From assembly GCF_964194025.1 (NCBI RefSeq), contig NC_134470.1:69688001-69752000 (forward strand): a stretch of 64,000 bases of DNA, written 5' to 3'. The notes under the pieces are model-generated. The model did no database searches and had not been told where the DNA came from. It was given only the letters and a program-made list of their open reading frames with translations. Shown here in pieces: positions 1-11,366 of this stretch; position 1 is the first letter of the stretch, and every line of letters begins with the position of its first letter. A program made the translations under genes and the position numbers. Origin of the DNA: Convolutriloba macropyga. Taxonomy: Eukaryota.

Positions 1-900
1 CATAGCCAGAAAAACTCCGGAAACTCGAAGAGTTGTCTTCGTGAAATAATTACCTTTTAAATCAACTGGTTCCTACTAAATAACTTAAAACAAAAAAAAT
101 AAGTCAACAAAAGAAGATCGCCCATAAACCCAACTGAACTAATAAATTACATTACTCTTTGTTTTATAGGAGTAATGTAATTTATTAGTTCAGTTGGGTT
201 TATGGGCGATCTTCTGCACGCCATTGAAGACATCAAAAAACGCGAGAGGCAAAAGACAAACCATGTCATGTTCCCAAAACATTTTTGGGGAAGAAAAATT
301 TGAACCCTTCAACAGATGGCCAAAATGTGTTATAAAAATTGTCAATTTCCGTAAGTTCTCTCAATCAAAACACTATTCTGCAATATTAAAAAAAGTATTC
401 AATTGGTAACTAAAAAAATTCTGTCGCTTTAACAATAAAGATTAGCTGTACCTTTAAATCACAATTAACGCGATAAAACTAAACAATGTCCAAGAAATTA
501 ATCAAATCGAAATTAATCACGACTAAAGAGACAGAGACAGAACAAAATTCGAGCGCAAAAAATCGTATGTTAACAAAATCCAGCCCTAAGAATATTAGCA
601 GAAAAAGAGTGGTTCAAAGTTTGTAAAATTGAAGCTAGCAAAAACTCCATGCCATATTATGTAGAAGAAAATCAATTGCAAACAAAATTTTTACCTAAAA
701 AATCAAAGGAAAAAGACAGAACTTATTAGTTCAAATCGATAAATTTCAAATTAACAAAGGCGAAAAAACTATAGGTCTTAGGAGAATGTGTGAAAGAAAG
801 ATGCTAGATTGTGAAGAAGAAAAAAAGTAATTCGCAACTTCTGAAAAATCGAAACTAAATTCAAAACTCTAATTAAAAATCAATTTGAAAAAAATTGAGG

Positions 901-951
<51 letters not shown>

Positions 952-1847
952 TATATATATATGGATATATTGTTATTGAACAATCGGGGTTTAAGAACAT
1001 TATATAACTATCTTTCTGTCGCAGTAAGAAGTGAAAACAGATTAATTACGAAACAGCAAAACAATTTGAAAAAAATGTTCAAAATATGGTAAAAGTGTTC
1101 ACTGAATTCTAAAGAGTTATCGCAAAAAAACCATTAAATTAGCAACAAAACAAAACGAAACCAAAAACACCGACGGTGCACCAAAAGACTTTACAAACAC
1201 AAAAATTAGAAAAGACAAAAACCGCCAAAATCGGATTAGAATGTGTACAATTTTATAAAAACAAAACACCTCACGTCAAAAATAGACATCCAATTCAGTA
1301 ATTATCAAAAATCCGTTGACATATTTAATAACTTATTTTTAAAAAGTAGGCTCAAAGGGCCAAAAAGAAAGAAATTAATGAAAAGCCAAGAATTGACCAA
1401 AAAATTGAGAAATATTGGCCAATTTTGCACTTGAAACACATCACTAAGCTCACAGAAACATTGTGGTATCAATTTCAGATGGTTGCATATTGATGCCGCA
1501 TCCATCAGAATTTACTTCTACAAAAAACCAACTTACTAGAAAAAATTATTGCAACTTGGTTTTTTGTAACCAAGCTACAAAAAAAACCATGTTAGAAAAA
1601 ACCAAGTTATAATAAATAATAAACCAATTTACAATAAAAACCAAGTTACAATAAAAAACAAGTTCAAAGTCAAAATGTCATTCACTGAACGGAGCGCATG
1701 AACAAAAAACTTCTCTCGCTCAGAAAAAGTTAGTTTATACGGCAATTTTACTCACTTTCACTATAAGGTCAAAAAGCCGCCTGAACAAAAAGTACTTCCG
1801 GTAAAAAAAACCTTAAAAAAACCAATACTCCTCTTCGAGTCGTAAAA
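1..1847 (-). mobile_element. Non-autonomous Helentron/HINE-like element, family A
   Basis: Left end CATAG + degenerate hairpin + ACTCGAAG; right end CTTCGAGTCGT + A-run. Interior matches the copy at 47366-48520. Carries a (TA)n tract. Confidence 0.75.
903..962. repeat. (TA)n microsatellite with a CACA interruption
   Basis: Directly visible dinucleotide run inside the family A element. Confidence 0.95.
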
Positions 1848-2472
1848 AAGGAGAGTGCCTACGTAATAGCCATTGAGAGGCTGACTACGGCTATTAAACA
1901 GTAGCATAATCTGCGGAAAACTAAGGGCTATACAGCACTACCCGGGTTGACCTTATAATGGATAATGTTGAAAAATTACAACTTATTATTATGTCTATGA
2001 AAAGTGGTAATCATAGAACTTTCATAACATGAAAGTTGTAATTTAAAAATTTATAGAGAAATCGTGAATAGGGCTAAAACAAAGCACAAATAATGTGTTT
2101 CAAAATAGGTTCCACGCAAAACAAAGGGCTAGTTTGAACTAGTGTAATAAGGTTGGAGATATAAAGGAACCAATAATTCAGAGGATTCAAATTTGATCAC
2201 AAGAATGCATGATTTGCTTTCTTTTCTTCTGTGAACATTTTTCTCTGGTAATGCGTAACCACGTATGCGGGTATTTTGTACCCATATTAAGATGGTACAA
2301 ACCATTGCCATTTAATATACGGTTTCAAAATAATAATTAAGAGTTCAAATTTTACAGTTTAAAATTAAACAGGTCCGATGACATCTTAAAAATATCAGAT
2401 GAAATAATTAACTTTTCGCCTGAAGGGGAGAATAAAACTGCAGGCGAGAAATTTATTTAAAATTTTAGCTAC

Positions 2473-2713
2473 CTGTATGGTCCTGTATTTGCCAGGAGTA
2501 TGTCTGCGTCTGTTCCTAGCCTTCCTTGCAGCTTTTACTCTGGCCCAGCGTGGGTAGTTTAAACTGTTGCTACCAGGAAACAAGCTGCCTAATAGTCTAG
2601 CCATGTTTGCCGCCGATCCACCGCCAAGGCCAAACATGCCACTCTCTAGAAAAGTTTTTGAATATTGTGCTGGAGAAATTATCAACTCAGAAACTTTACG
2701 TCCACGGAAATAT
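2473..2713 (-). CDS. Orphan coding exon of an unidentified gene, probably continuing off the left edge
   Basis: Acceptor tttgttatag at 2714, donor CAG|gtagct at 2472, one fully open frame (YFRGRKVSEL...MFGLGGGSAANMARLLGSLFPG...RRRHTPGKYRTIQ), GC-richer than flanks. First ATG at 2637. Confidence 0.55.
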
Positions 2714-3789
2714 CTATAACAAAAATTTATAACTATTCCTGAAATTTAGGTTTTAACTAGCATACAAAAATGTAAATAACATGCGAAATTCATTTGCATA
2801 TTGCGATTATCTATTGAAAAATTGAATTAAAACTGCCATTTTTTCTCGTCCTGGAAAAACTCAACTCCTTAAAACTAAACTCAACTAAACTCCATAACTT
2901 GGTATCGACTATACTTTAAATCTAGAACAAAAATCGATTGCGATTCACAGATGATTAAAGTTCATCATTTAATCTATAATAACCCAATCGTAGTTGCTGT
3001 CACACAAATTTGTTCAGCTACAGCTAAACTAAAATCATACCCTTTTATTGAAAACACAAACCTTGACGGATTAGAATTTCAACCGTTGCCAGCAATTCAA
3101 GCCAGTTCAAAAATACTAATTATATAACCAGCTTCCAGAAAGTTACAGGAAGGGAAACTAGAAAGGAACAGAACAAAAATAACGGTAGTTCATGTTGGCT
3201 GTCAGCAGATTTGTAGAGAGAAAGAATTGTTGCCTCATCAAAAACGAAATCGAGGAAATCATAGCGCAGCGCTGCGGAATTGCAATAAACTTTTCCGTCA
3301 AAATGGGGAAGATTCGACATTCAGACCTCTAACGTGCAAAAAGCGGTCTGATTATACAATTACACATCAAAAAATAATTGGCACATATCTAGTCTTTGCC
3401 CTACAATAACGAAGAACCTGTTATCCGAGATGAAATCTGAACTCAGATCTTATCTTTTAGTAAGGTGAGTCTGGAGAGGAAAGGAATCTGCTTGATTGAT
3501 ATTTGGGTCAAAGACACTGGTGCCAAATTTCACTGCAACAAAAATCTACTGGAAGGCTGTGCAGATGAAGACAGGAGGAAGTACCAGGACGCTTTCCACG
3601 AGACAATTATACTTTACACCGTTACTTTTCAGTGATCTTAAAACCTTCGCTAGAGAGAGAATGAGAAATGACGTCAAGCGCGCAAACGCCGTTAATGAGA
3701 GGAACAAGTCATTCAGAAAATTTGACCTTTTCAGCTTTGCTGTGTGAACAAATGTTAAACGAAAAAAGCGTCAGACAACGAAACAAAAA

Positions 3790-5238
3790 AACAGCAGGAC
3801 AAGTCCTGGCGTACAATTCAAAAAAATTTTCATTGACTAAACAAAAGGCTAGACCTAGTTGGGACCATGATGAGGAAAACCATTTCTAAAAAATCAGATC
3901 AAAAAACTTAAAAAACAGAAAATCAAAGTTTAAATGCAGCATGTGAACAAAAAAACAACTAGCGAAAAAGTGAGATCTGGTTTAAGCAAAAAAAAACTAG
4001 GCCTAGAATGAACTATGAATGGATTGAGGAAAATCATTAAGAAAAGAATCCGATCCAATAAATCGAAAAAACAGTAAAAATCAAAGAGAAATTGCCGCAT
4101 GTGAACAGAAAATCAGTAGAGAGAAAGCGAATTTTTGTTCAAACACCGTTCTCTCACTCTACTTAAATATTAGAGTTAAAAAATTTCATGCCGCAAAACC
4201 ACTCGCTTTTTCGCTCCACTTCCTGTTTCGGCGTGACCAAAATCACTACTCCAATTTGACTTCAAAAATCATGAAAATGTGTGAACCGATCTTAAAACAA
4301 AAAAACATAACCGGAAGAATTCCGGAAACGACTCGTAGAAAATTGCCCATACTTATGACTAAACAACTAGAACAACTATCGTGAACCCTGAACCTCTACA
4401 AATGCCATAAAAAATTTAAGGAAGAATAGAAACGGCATTCAAAAAACAAATTGAACAAAAAAAACTAGAAAAACTGAATGACTTTTTTTAATAGTACAAG
4501 GAAACATAAAGCCGAAAGAAGTTCCTTTGCAATTAGAGCAACGAAAAGCTTGCAAAACAATGGGCAAGTGATTATAGGCTAAAGAACTTGTCTAAGATTC
4601 AAAGAAAATCTGCAAAAAAATAAGAAAAAAGGTTTAAAATTTCTCAACTTTTCTGTCAATTTTCCAAAGAAAAAAATGAGTCATGTCAAGAAAACTTAAG
4701 TCTAATGGTAACTGAATATTCCTTAAGTGAAATGCGTCTATTCAAATCCCACTTAAGCATTAAAACAAAAAAACAGGCAAAAATCATTAAATTTCATCTA
4801 AAAATCAGCAAAACCGATCAAAAACCTCCAAATTAGCATTAAACTCAAATTAACTTCATGAAACCTTCAATTCCTGTCAAAACAAGCCTAAAACAAATAC
4901 ATATCATAATCAAACTTCAAAGCAATCAAAATTTGCAAAAAAAGCTAAGCGAGCGAAAAGTTTTTGTTCAAAAACTTTTCGCTCGCTTAGAGAAAATTTT
5001 TTCACACATCAATTTCTCGCTCTCTCAAAAACAGCGGTATGAACAAAAAGCACTCTCTTTTCGCTCTGCTCTTCACTTTTGTTCAGCACCAAAATCAATC
5101 CAAATTTTTTCACGTGTTTCATTTCCCGTTTCAAAAATCACTCCACTAAAATTGATTGAAAAGAAGGAATTCTCCAATACTCCTCTTCGAGTCGTAAAAA
5201 CAGCGCTCCAATAAAATTCAAATTCTTTGAATTGTAAA
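3790..5238 (-). mobile_element. HINE-like family C element with a family A element nested at about 4305-5197
   Basis: C: hairpin CAGGACAAGTCCTG 3795-3808, subTIR TACAATTCAAA 3812-3822 / TTTGAATTGTA 5226-5236. A: hairpin CCGGAAGAATTCCGG 4311-4325, ACGACTCG 4328 / CTTCGAGTCGT 5185-5195. Confidence 0.75.
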
Positions 5239-5929
5239 AAAAACCAAGAGCACTGCAATATAGCTCCGCTCAGCCTACAGCTTCGCAGCGTAGGCTGAGC
5301 GAACAACTGCCAATGAAAATCAGAGAAAGCAATTGTTAATATTATTTCAATGGACAGACTGTTATTAAATGATTGTCGAAGTTTACCTTCGCTGGTGATG
5401 CAAAAAGATGAGGTAAACATAAAAAAGGTTAAAAAAATAGACAAAATGCCTGACAATAGACGAATTATACTGCAGCAATCCATCAGTAAATAACAACTAA
5501 AGTTAAAGACAGCAAAGTTGGTTTCCAAAAAATGATATTGATTTCAAATTCTATCTTCCTTACTTTCAAGTAAAGGTAATTCTAAAAACCTCAATCTTTC
5601 CAGGAATCTTGATTTACAATTATCTGTCTTGGATGGCCTCAATTGTATTTCAGTTGCAGTTTACTTTCTACATTTAGATTTAATTAGTAAGCGTACAAGT
5701 CAATTTATTGGGTGAGCTAGGTCAAGATGCTCAAAAAATTCATCTCACGATTGACCTAAACATTAATTCAGAAAGCAATAACGAACACAAACGCCACGCA
5801 CACATACGACTTCTGAAAGCGATAATGCATTAAAAAAACTGACTTTTCAGCTTTTGATCAAAAGATTGATACAAAACACGCGGAATACGATGAATTGACT
5901 AACAATGAGCTATAGTTTAAAGCGCAACC

Positions 5930-6228
5930 GGATCTTTTCTGCTAGCGCCCCCCTCATTGTAGCCGATAAATTCAAGCCCTCATTGTAGCCGATAACACCA
6001 AAAATGATCTAATACAGAAATTTTTATTGATGCTTACGTTATATGCAACAAATTTTGGTTGAATACGTAATACTTTCAAACCATAGCTGTGGTAGCTTTT
6101 AGTAAATGCATATTGCTCATATATGTTCACGTATAAGATTACTTAGCTTTAACAATATGTTTACACATTTATAAATGGGGGGTGCCTAACTAAGCGGGGG
6201 GGGGGGGGGGGGCTAGCAGAAAAGATCC
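5930..6228. mobile_element. MITE with GG-starting TIRs and 8-bp TSD (Merlin-like)
   Basis: TIR GGATCTTTTCTGCTAGC / GCTAGCAGAAAAGATCC, flanked by exact GCGCAACC at 5922-5929 and 6229-6236. Confidence 0.85.
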
Positions 6229-6748
6229 GCGCAACCAACTATTCTCCTAAACACATCTATTTACTTGATTAACTAATTCAAATAAAAAAAAAACGGCATG
6301 ATAAAACATAAACCGACTAAGGTGGGATGAATTGCTCTCGAACGACAGGCGAGTCAATCTACATTACAGGTGAGTAGGTTATTAGAGGTGCTTCGCGGGA
6401 ATTAAAAAATACAACTATTAAAAGAGATCCAATCGGTGAGGTGGCGCACGCAGTTTCCATTTTACATGAGAGGCATGGCCGTGAACAGTGCCCCCGTTAA
6501 CAGCTGTTCTGTGTTAGAGCTGCTTTTGAGAAATGTTTACAGTAATACTGAGGTATATAGATAAAGCGAGTGAGGGAGGAATCTCGTAAATCTCATTTTT
6601 TGCTTTCGATCTGCGGTAAGACAATTGTGCATGTATTATAAATAGTAAGTCGATAAGCTTATGCTCAAAAAGAGAATTAAGACACTGATACAGTTTCTGT
6701 GCTTAGCTGATACTGTATTACAAAAGAGCACAACATATTGTCAACAGA

Positions 6749-6820
6749 TCCCAGTTGGTCTAGCGGTTAGGATTTGTGGCTTTCACCCACAAGGCCCGGG
6801 TTCGACTCCCGGACTGGGAA
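6749..6820 (+). tRNA. tRNA-Glu (anticodon TTC)
   Basis: 72-nt cloverleaf: acceptor TCCCAGT/ACTGGGA, anticodon stem TGTGG/CCACA around CTTTCAC, T-arm CCGGG-TTCGACT-CCCGG. No encoded CCA; T5 run follows. Confidence 0.96.
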
Positions 6821-6822
6821 TA

Positions 6823-6827
6823 TTTTT
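6823..6827 (+). terminator. RNA polymerase III T-tract terminator of tRNA-Glu
   Basis: TTTTT 2 nt after the discriminator base. Confidence 0.8.
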
Positions 6828-7209
6828 CATCTAATAATCAAAATCGGTTAACTTAAAATTATAAATTTATTCTGTTAACTTAAAATAGACAGAATGTTCA
6901 TTTGAGACAAACACGAATTTGATGAAACAAGATATGCAATCTTCACGTTATCACTTTTTTCAATCGTCGTCTTGTGATGACATAAAATTGCTTAAATCGC
7001 GGGTGGCTTGTCTGGCTTGTTCTGGATATTGTTTGGCAAGCTTCTGTCGTAGACTGCGTGTGATTTCACTGATTGCGGTCAGATCTTTGTGCAGGTCTAG
7101 CAGCACTCTGGAACAGTAGTTTTCAGATTAAATTGATAATAATGATTATATACTAATGCATGTTTAAATAAGGTTGCATTTGAATCCAGTATGTACAGAT
7201 GCCGTTGCA

Positions 7210-7378
7210 GGATCTTTTCCGTTTGTGCCCCCCCCCCCCCCCCCCCCAGCTTAGTGGGTGCATATTATTTGCACCCCACAAACGCACGTACCATATTTTT
7301 ACATGATGATTTACTATGTTATGACACGTGCTCTGTAACGGGGGGGGGGGGGGTATACAAACAGAAAAAAAAAGATCC
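7210..7378. mobile_element. Diverged MITE related to the GGATCTTTT-TIR family
   Basis: GGATCTTTTCCGTTTGT + C-run ... G-run + ACAAACAGAAAAAAAAGATCC. No recognisable TSD. A shorter reverse-orientation relative lies at 19098-19176. Confidence 0.65.
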
Positions 7379-8369
7379 GAAAAAAATAACGCGGAAAAAT
7401 TTTCATTAGAGAATTAATCTTTTCCGTTATAAAAATCTCTAAAATAATTGTAAAAATATAGTCCTAAACTGCAAACAGCAGAACTCTGTGAGGCGGAAGT
7501 CATTCAACTGTTGTAATCGTTCTCTTGAAGTCAATAAAAAACTCGGCTTTGCGTAAAAATTTGATAACTTCTCGATGGCAATAATAACGAGGAGCTAATA
7601 TTCATATTTACTCTTTGCTGCATATAGTGGGACCACAATGTTACAGCTTTCATTCATCGAAAGTGTCGTTGTGCTCCAGGAATTTGAGGAAGAGGAGGCG
7701 ACAAACTTTAACAGAAAGGAAACAAACTGAGGCATGCTATCTCCCATCATGTTAAGGCCAAAAAACTTTCAATTTTTAAATACTATTCCTCCTCTGGTCC
7801 TACTAATTCAAGTAATCATACAGCTTTATTATCCTAAATATATTAGGCACAAACGCGATAGAAAGCAGTTGAACATTTTTAGAGACAAATTTCTTGGATT
7901 CCGGATAAAAATCAGTCCGATGTTTTTGTAGCTTTGGCAGTTGGTAACAGCACTGACTAAGAAGCAGTTTGCTATAATCTAGGATAAACAAAAAGAGTAT
8001 CTTAGAGATTTTTCATGTGCGTTGAATGGAGAAAAAATAGTGCAATTGGCAAATGAAATCCATTTTTTTCTACCATGCGTAATAAGTGACAGAGCTTTGC
8101 TCCTCAAAACTAATTATTCGCGTCCGGACAAACAATCCCCTGCAAAACAGTTCCAGACAAAACAGTCCCGGACTTAAGTGCCATAGTAAATCAGTGCTGA
8201 AACATTGTATTCCAATTGTATATCGTCGACCCAGTACTGTATCAGTGTATTCTAAGAGTATATTGAGGCTCATGATGTGCAGTAAAAGTCCCAGAGGTAC
8301 TGTTCATTCTTGGTTTTGATTCTCATGATGTTCATAGGAAAATCAAAATAAAATTCGAAAATTTCGAAA

Positions 8370-11273
8370 ATTTTTGAACTTTGGTCGATGAAAATAACGT
8401 TTTAGCATTACAAAAACCACCCACCAAAACCAGTAAATACAGGACGAATCAGCTGGAAACTGCCAAGTTTTAGAATTTTATGGTTTTATTTCAGAGAGTG
8501 ATGGAATTTTGTATTAATATCTTAGTTTTAGCTCAACGGAAACGGATACAGTTCTGGACTAACGATATACAAGTGGAATACAAGGCTTCAGCACTGATTT
8601 ACTATGGCACTAAGGTCTGGGCATCTCCTTTAAAACGGTTAAATACGACCCTACTTGAGAATACGTTGTGAGAATGTTTTCTGAATGTTTCATATGTTAC
8701 TTCCACAATCAAAGTTGTTGACGAAATGAAGTGGTTTAATTCAATGGTTCAATTCAGTACCAAACAAAGTGGTTCAATTCAATTCAATGGTTCAATTAAA
8801 CTCAATTTAATACAATACGAAAAGGCTGGTTCAACAGAATACTAAATTATAACAATACAATACGAAAATATGACTCAATTTTAACAATTACAAATGGAAC
8901 TGACAAATATTTATAAACTTAAAAATCAAATCGTACGCTTTTGCTTCAATTTAATTCAAATTAAATTTATCTCCTCCTCAGACGAAGGGGCGGCCCATTG
9001 GAGTGATCTTCTGTTAAAGATTCGATCCATCGAACTCCCTTTCAGCTGAAGGTCTGGTCCTCTGGACTACGCCTCAGCGGAAGGTCTGGTCCCGTGGATC
9101 ATCCTTCAGCCGAAGGTCCAGCCGATTGGACTGCTCTTCAGCCGTAGGTACTAGTTCATGGACTGCTCCTCAACTGGGAAAATTTTTCATCTAATACTCA
9201 AAATCGTTTAACTTAAAATTATAAATTTATTCTGTTAACTTAAAATAGACAGAACATTCATTTGACACAAAAAGAAGTTTGATGAAACAATATATGCAAC
9301 CTTGACGTTATCACTATTTTCAATCGTCGTCTTGTGATAACATAAAATTGCTTAAATCGCGGGTGGCTTGTCTGACTTGTTCTGGATATTGTTTGGCATT
9401 TGAATTTTGGGCGATTAAAATTTTTGAATTTTGGGCGATGAAAATAACGTTTTAGCATTACAAAAACCACCCACCAAAACCAGTAAATACAGGACGAATC
9501 GCCTGGAAACTGCCGAGTTTTAGAATTTTATGGTTTTTATTTCAGAGAATGATTGAATTTTGTATTAATATCTTAGTTTTAGCTCAACGGAAACGGATAC
9601 AGTTCTGGACTAACGATATACAATTGGAATACAAGGCTTCAGCACTGATTTACTATGGCACTAAGGTCTGGGCATCTCCTTTAAAACGGTTAAATACGAC
9701 CCTACTTGAGAATACGTTGTGAGAATGTTTTCTGAATGTTTCATATGTTACTTCCACAATCAAAGTTGTTGACGAAATGAAGTGGTTTAATTCAATGGTT
9801 CAATTCAGTACCAAACAAAGTGGTTCAATTCAATTCAATGGTTCAATTAAACTCAATTTAATACAATACGAAAAGGCTGGTTCAACAGAATACTAAATTA
9901 TAACAATACAATACGAAAATATGACTCAATTTTAACAATTACAAATGGAACTGACAAATATTTATAAACTTAAAAATCAAATCGTACGCTTTTGCTTCAA
10001 TTTAATTCAAATTAAATTTATCTCCTCCTCAGACGAAGGGGCGGCCCATTGGAGTGATCTTCTGTTAAAGGTTTGATCCATCGAACTCCCTTTCAGCTGA
10101 AGGTCTGGTCCTCTGGACTACGCCTCAGCGGAAGGTCTGGTCCCGTGGATCATCCTTCAGCCGAAGGTCCAGCCGATTGGACTGCTCTTCAGCCGTAGGT
10201 ACTAGTTCATGGACTGCTCCTCAACTGGGAAAATTTTTCATCTAATACTCAAAATCGTTTAACTTAAAATTATAAATTTATTCCGTTAACTTAAAATAGA
10301 CAGAACATTCATTTGACACAAAAAGAAGTTTGAAGAAACAATATATGCAACCTTCACGTTATCACTATTTTCAATCGTCGTCTTGTGATGACATAAAATT
10401 GCTTAAATCGCGGGTGGCTTGTCTGGCTTGTTCTGGATATTGCTGGGCATTTGAATTTTGGGCGATGAAAATTTTTGAATTTTGGGCGATGAAAATAACG
10501 TTTTAGCATTACAAAAACCACCCACCAAAACCAGTAAATACAGGACGAATCGCCTGGAAACTGCCGAGTTTTAGAATTTTATGGTTTTTATTTCAGAGAG
10601 TGATTGAATTTTGTATTAATATCTTAGTTTTAGCTCAACGGAAACGGATACAGTTCTGGACTAACGATATACAATTGGAATACAAGGCTTCAGCACTGAT
10701 TTACTATGGCACTAAGGTCTGGGCATCTCCTTTAAAACGGTTAAAAACAACCCTACTTGAGCATGGGTTGTGAGAATGTTTTCTGAATGTTTCATATGTT
10801 ACTTCCACAATCAAAGTTGTTGACGAAATGAAGTGGTTTAATTCAATGGTTCAATTCAGTACCAAATGAAGTGGTTCAATTCAATTCAATGGTTCAATTA
10901 AATTCAGTGTAATACAATACGAAAAAGCTGGTTCAACAGAATACTAAATTATAACAATACAATACGAAAAATGACTCAATTATAACAATTACAAATGGAA
11001 CTGACAAATATTTATAAACTTAAAAATCAAATCGTACGCTTTTGCTTCAATTTAATTCAAATTAAATTTATCTCCTCCTCAGACGAAGGGGCGGCCCATT
11101 GGAGTGATCTTCTGTTAAAGGTTTGATCCATCGAACTCCCTTTCAGCTGAAGGTCTGGTCCTCTGGACTACGCCTGGTCTGAAGGTCTGGTCCCGTGGAT
11201 CATCCTTCAGCCGAAGGTCCAGCCGACTGGACTGCTCTTCAGCCGTAGGTACTAGTTCATGGACTGCTCCTCA
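8370..11273. repeat. Near-identical tandem triplication, period 1050-1051 bp
   Basis: Anchor ATGAAAATAACG at 8388, 9438, 10489. Segments 9173-9398 and 10224-10449 copy 6813-7038. Confidence 0.95.
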
Positions 11274-11366
11274 ACCGTAGGTAGTTAAAAAAAGACTGCT
11301 GCTCAGCCGTAGGTAGTTAAAAACGGACAGCTCCTCAGCCGTAGGTATTTAAAAACGGACTGAAAT
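11079..11366. repeat. 32-bp minisatellite, 9 units (6 units in each of the two upstream triplicated copies)
   Basis: Unit starts at 11079, 11111, 11143 ... 11335; consensus TCAGCCGWAGGT-variable-TGGACTGCTCY. Confidence 0.85.

Noticed and set aside
3060-3320. Possible exon around ORF 3120-3320
   Set aside because: All three frames between the candidate acceptor and donor contain stops.
4858-5528. 118-aa and 151-aa ORFs, and most other short ORFs in the track
   Set aside because: They cross repeat junctions, show K/N/F compositional bias and have no motifs or splice support.
7612-7752. Possible minus-strand exon (MMGDSMPQF... ending at a gtaaat donor)
   Set aside because: No recognisable homology, ambiguous frame, and its phase does not join the 2713 acceptor.
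9173-9180. attR-like duplication of the tRNA 3' end suggesting integrase insertion
   Set aside because: About 218 nt of downstream flank is duplicated as well and there is no adjacent integrase; segmental duplication explains it.
11079-11366. CRISPR-like look of the 32-bp array
   Set aside because: Variable parts are only 9-10 nt and related to their neighbours, repeats are degenerate, there are no cas genes and the context is eukaryotic.
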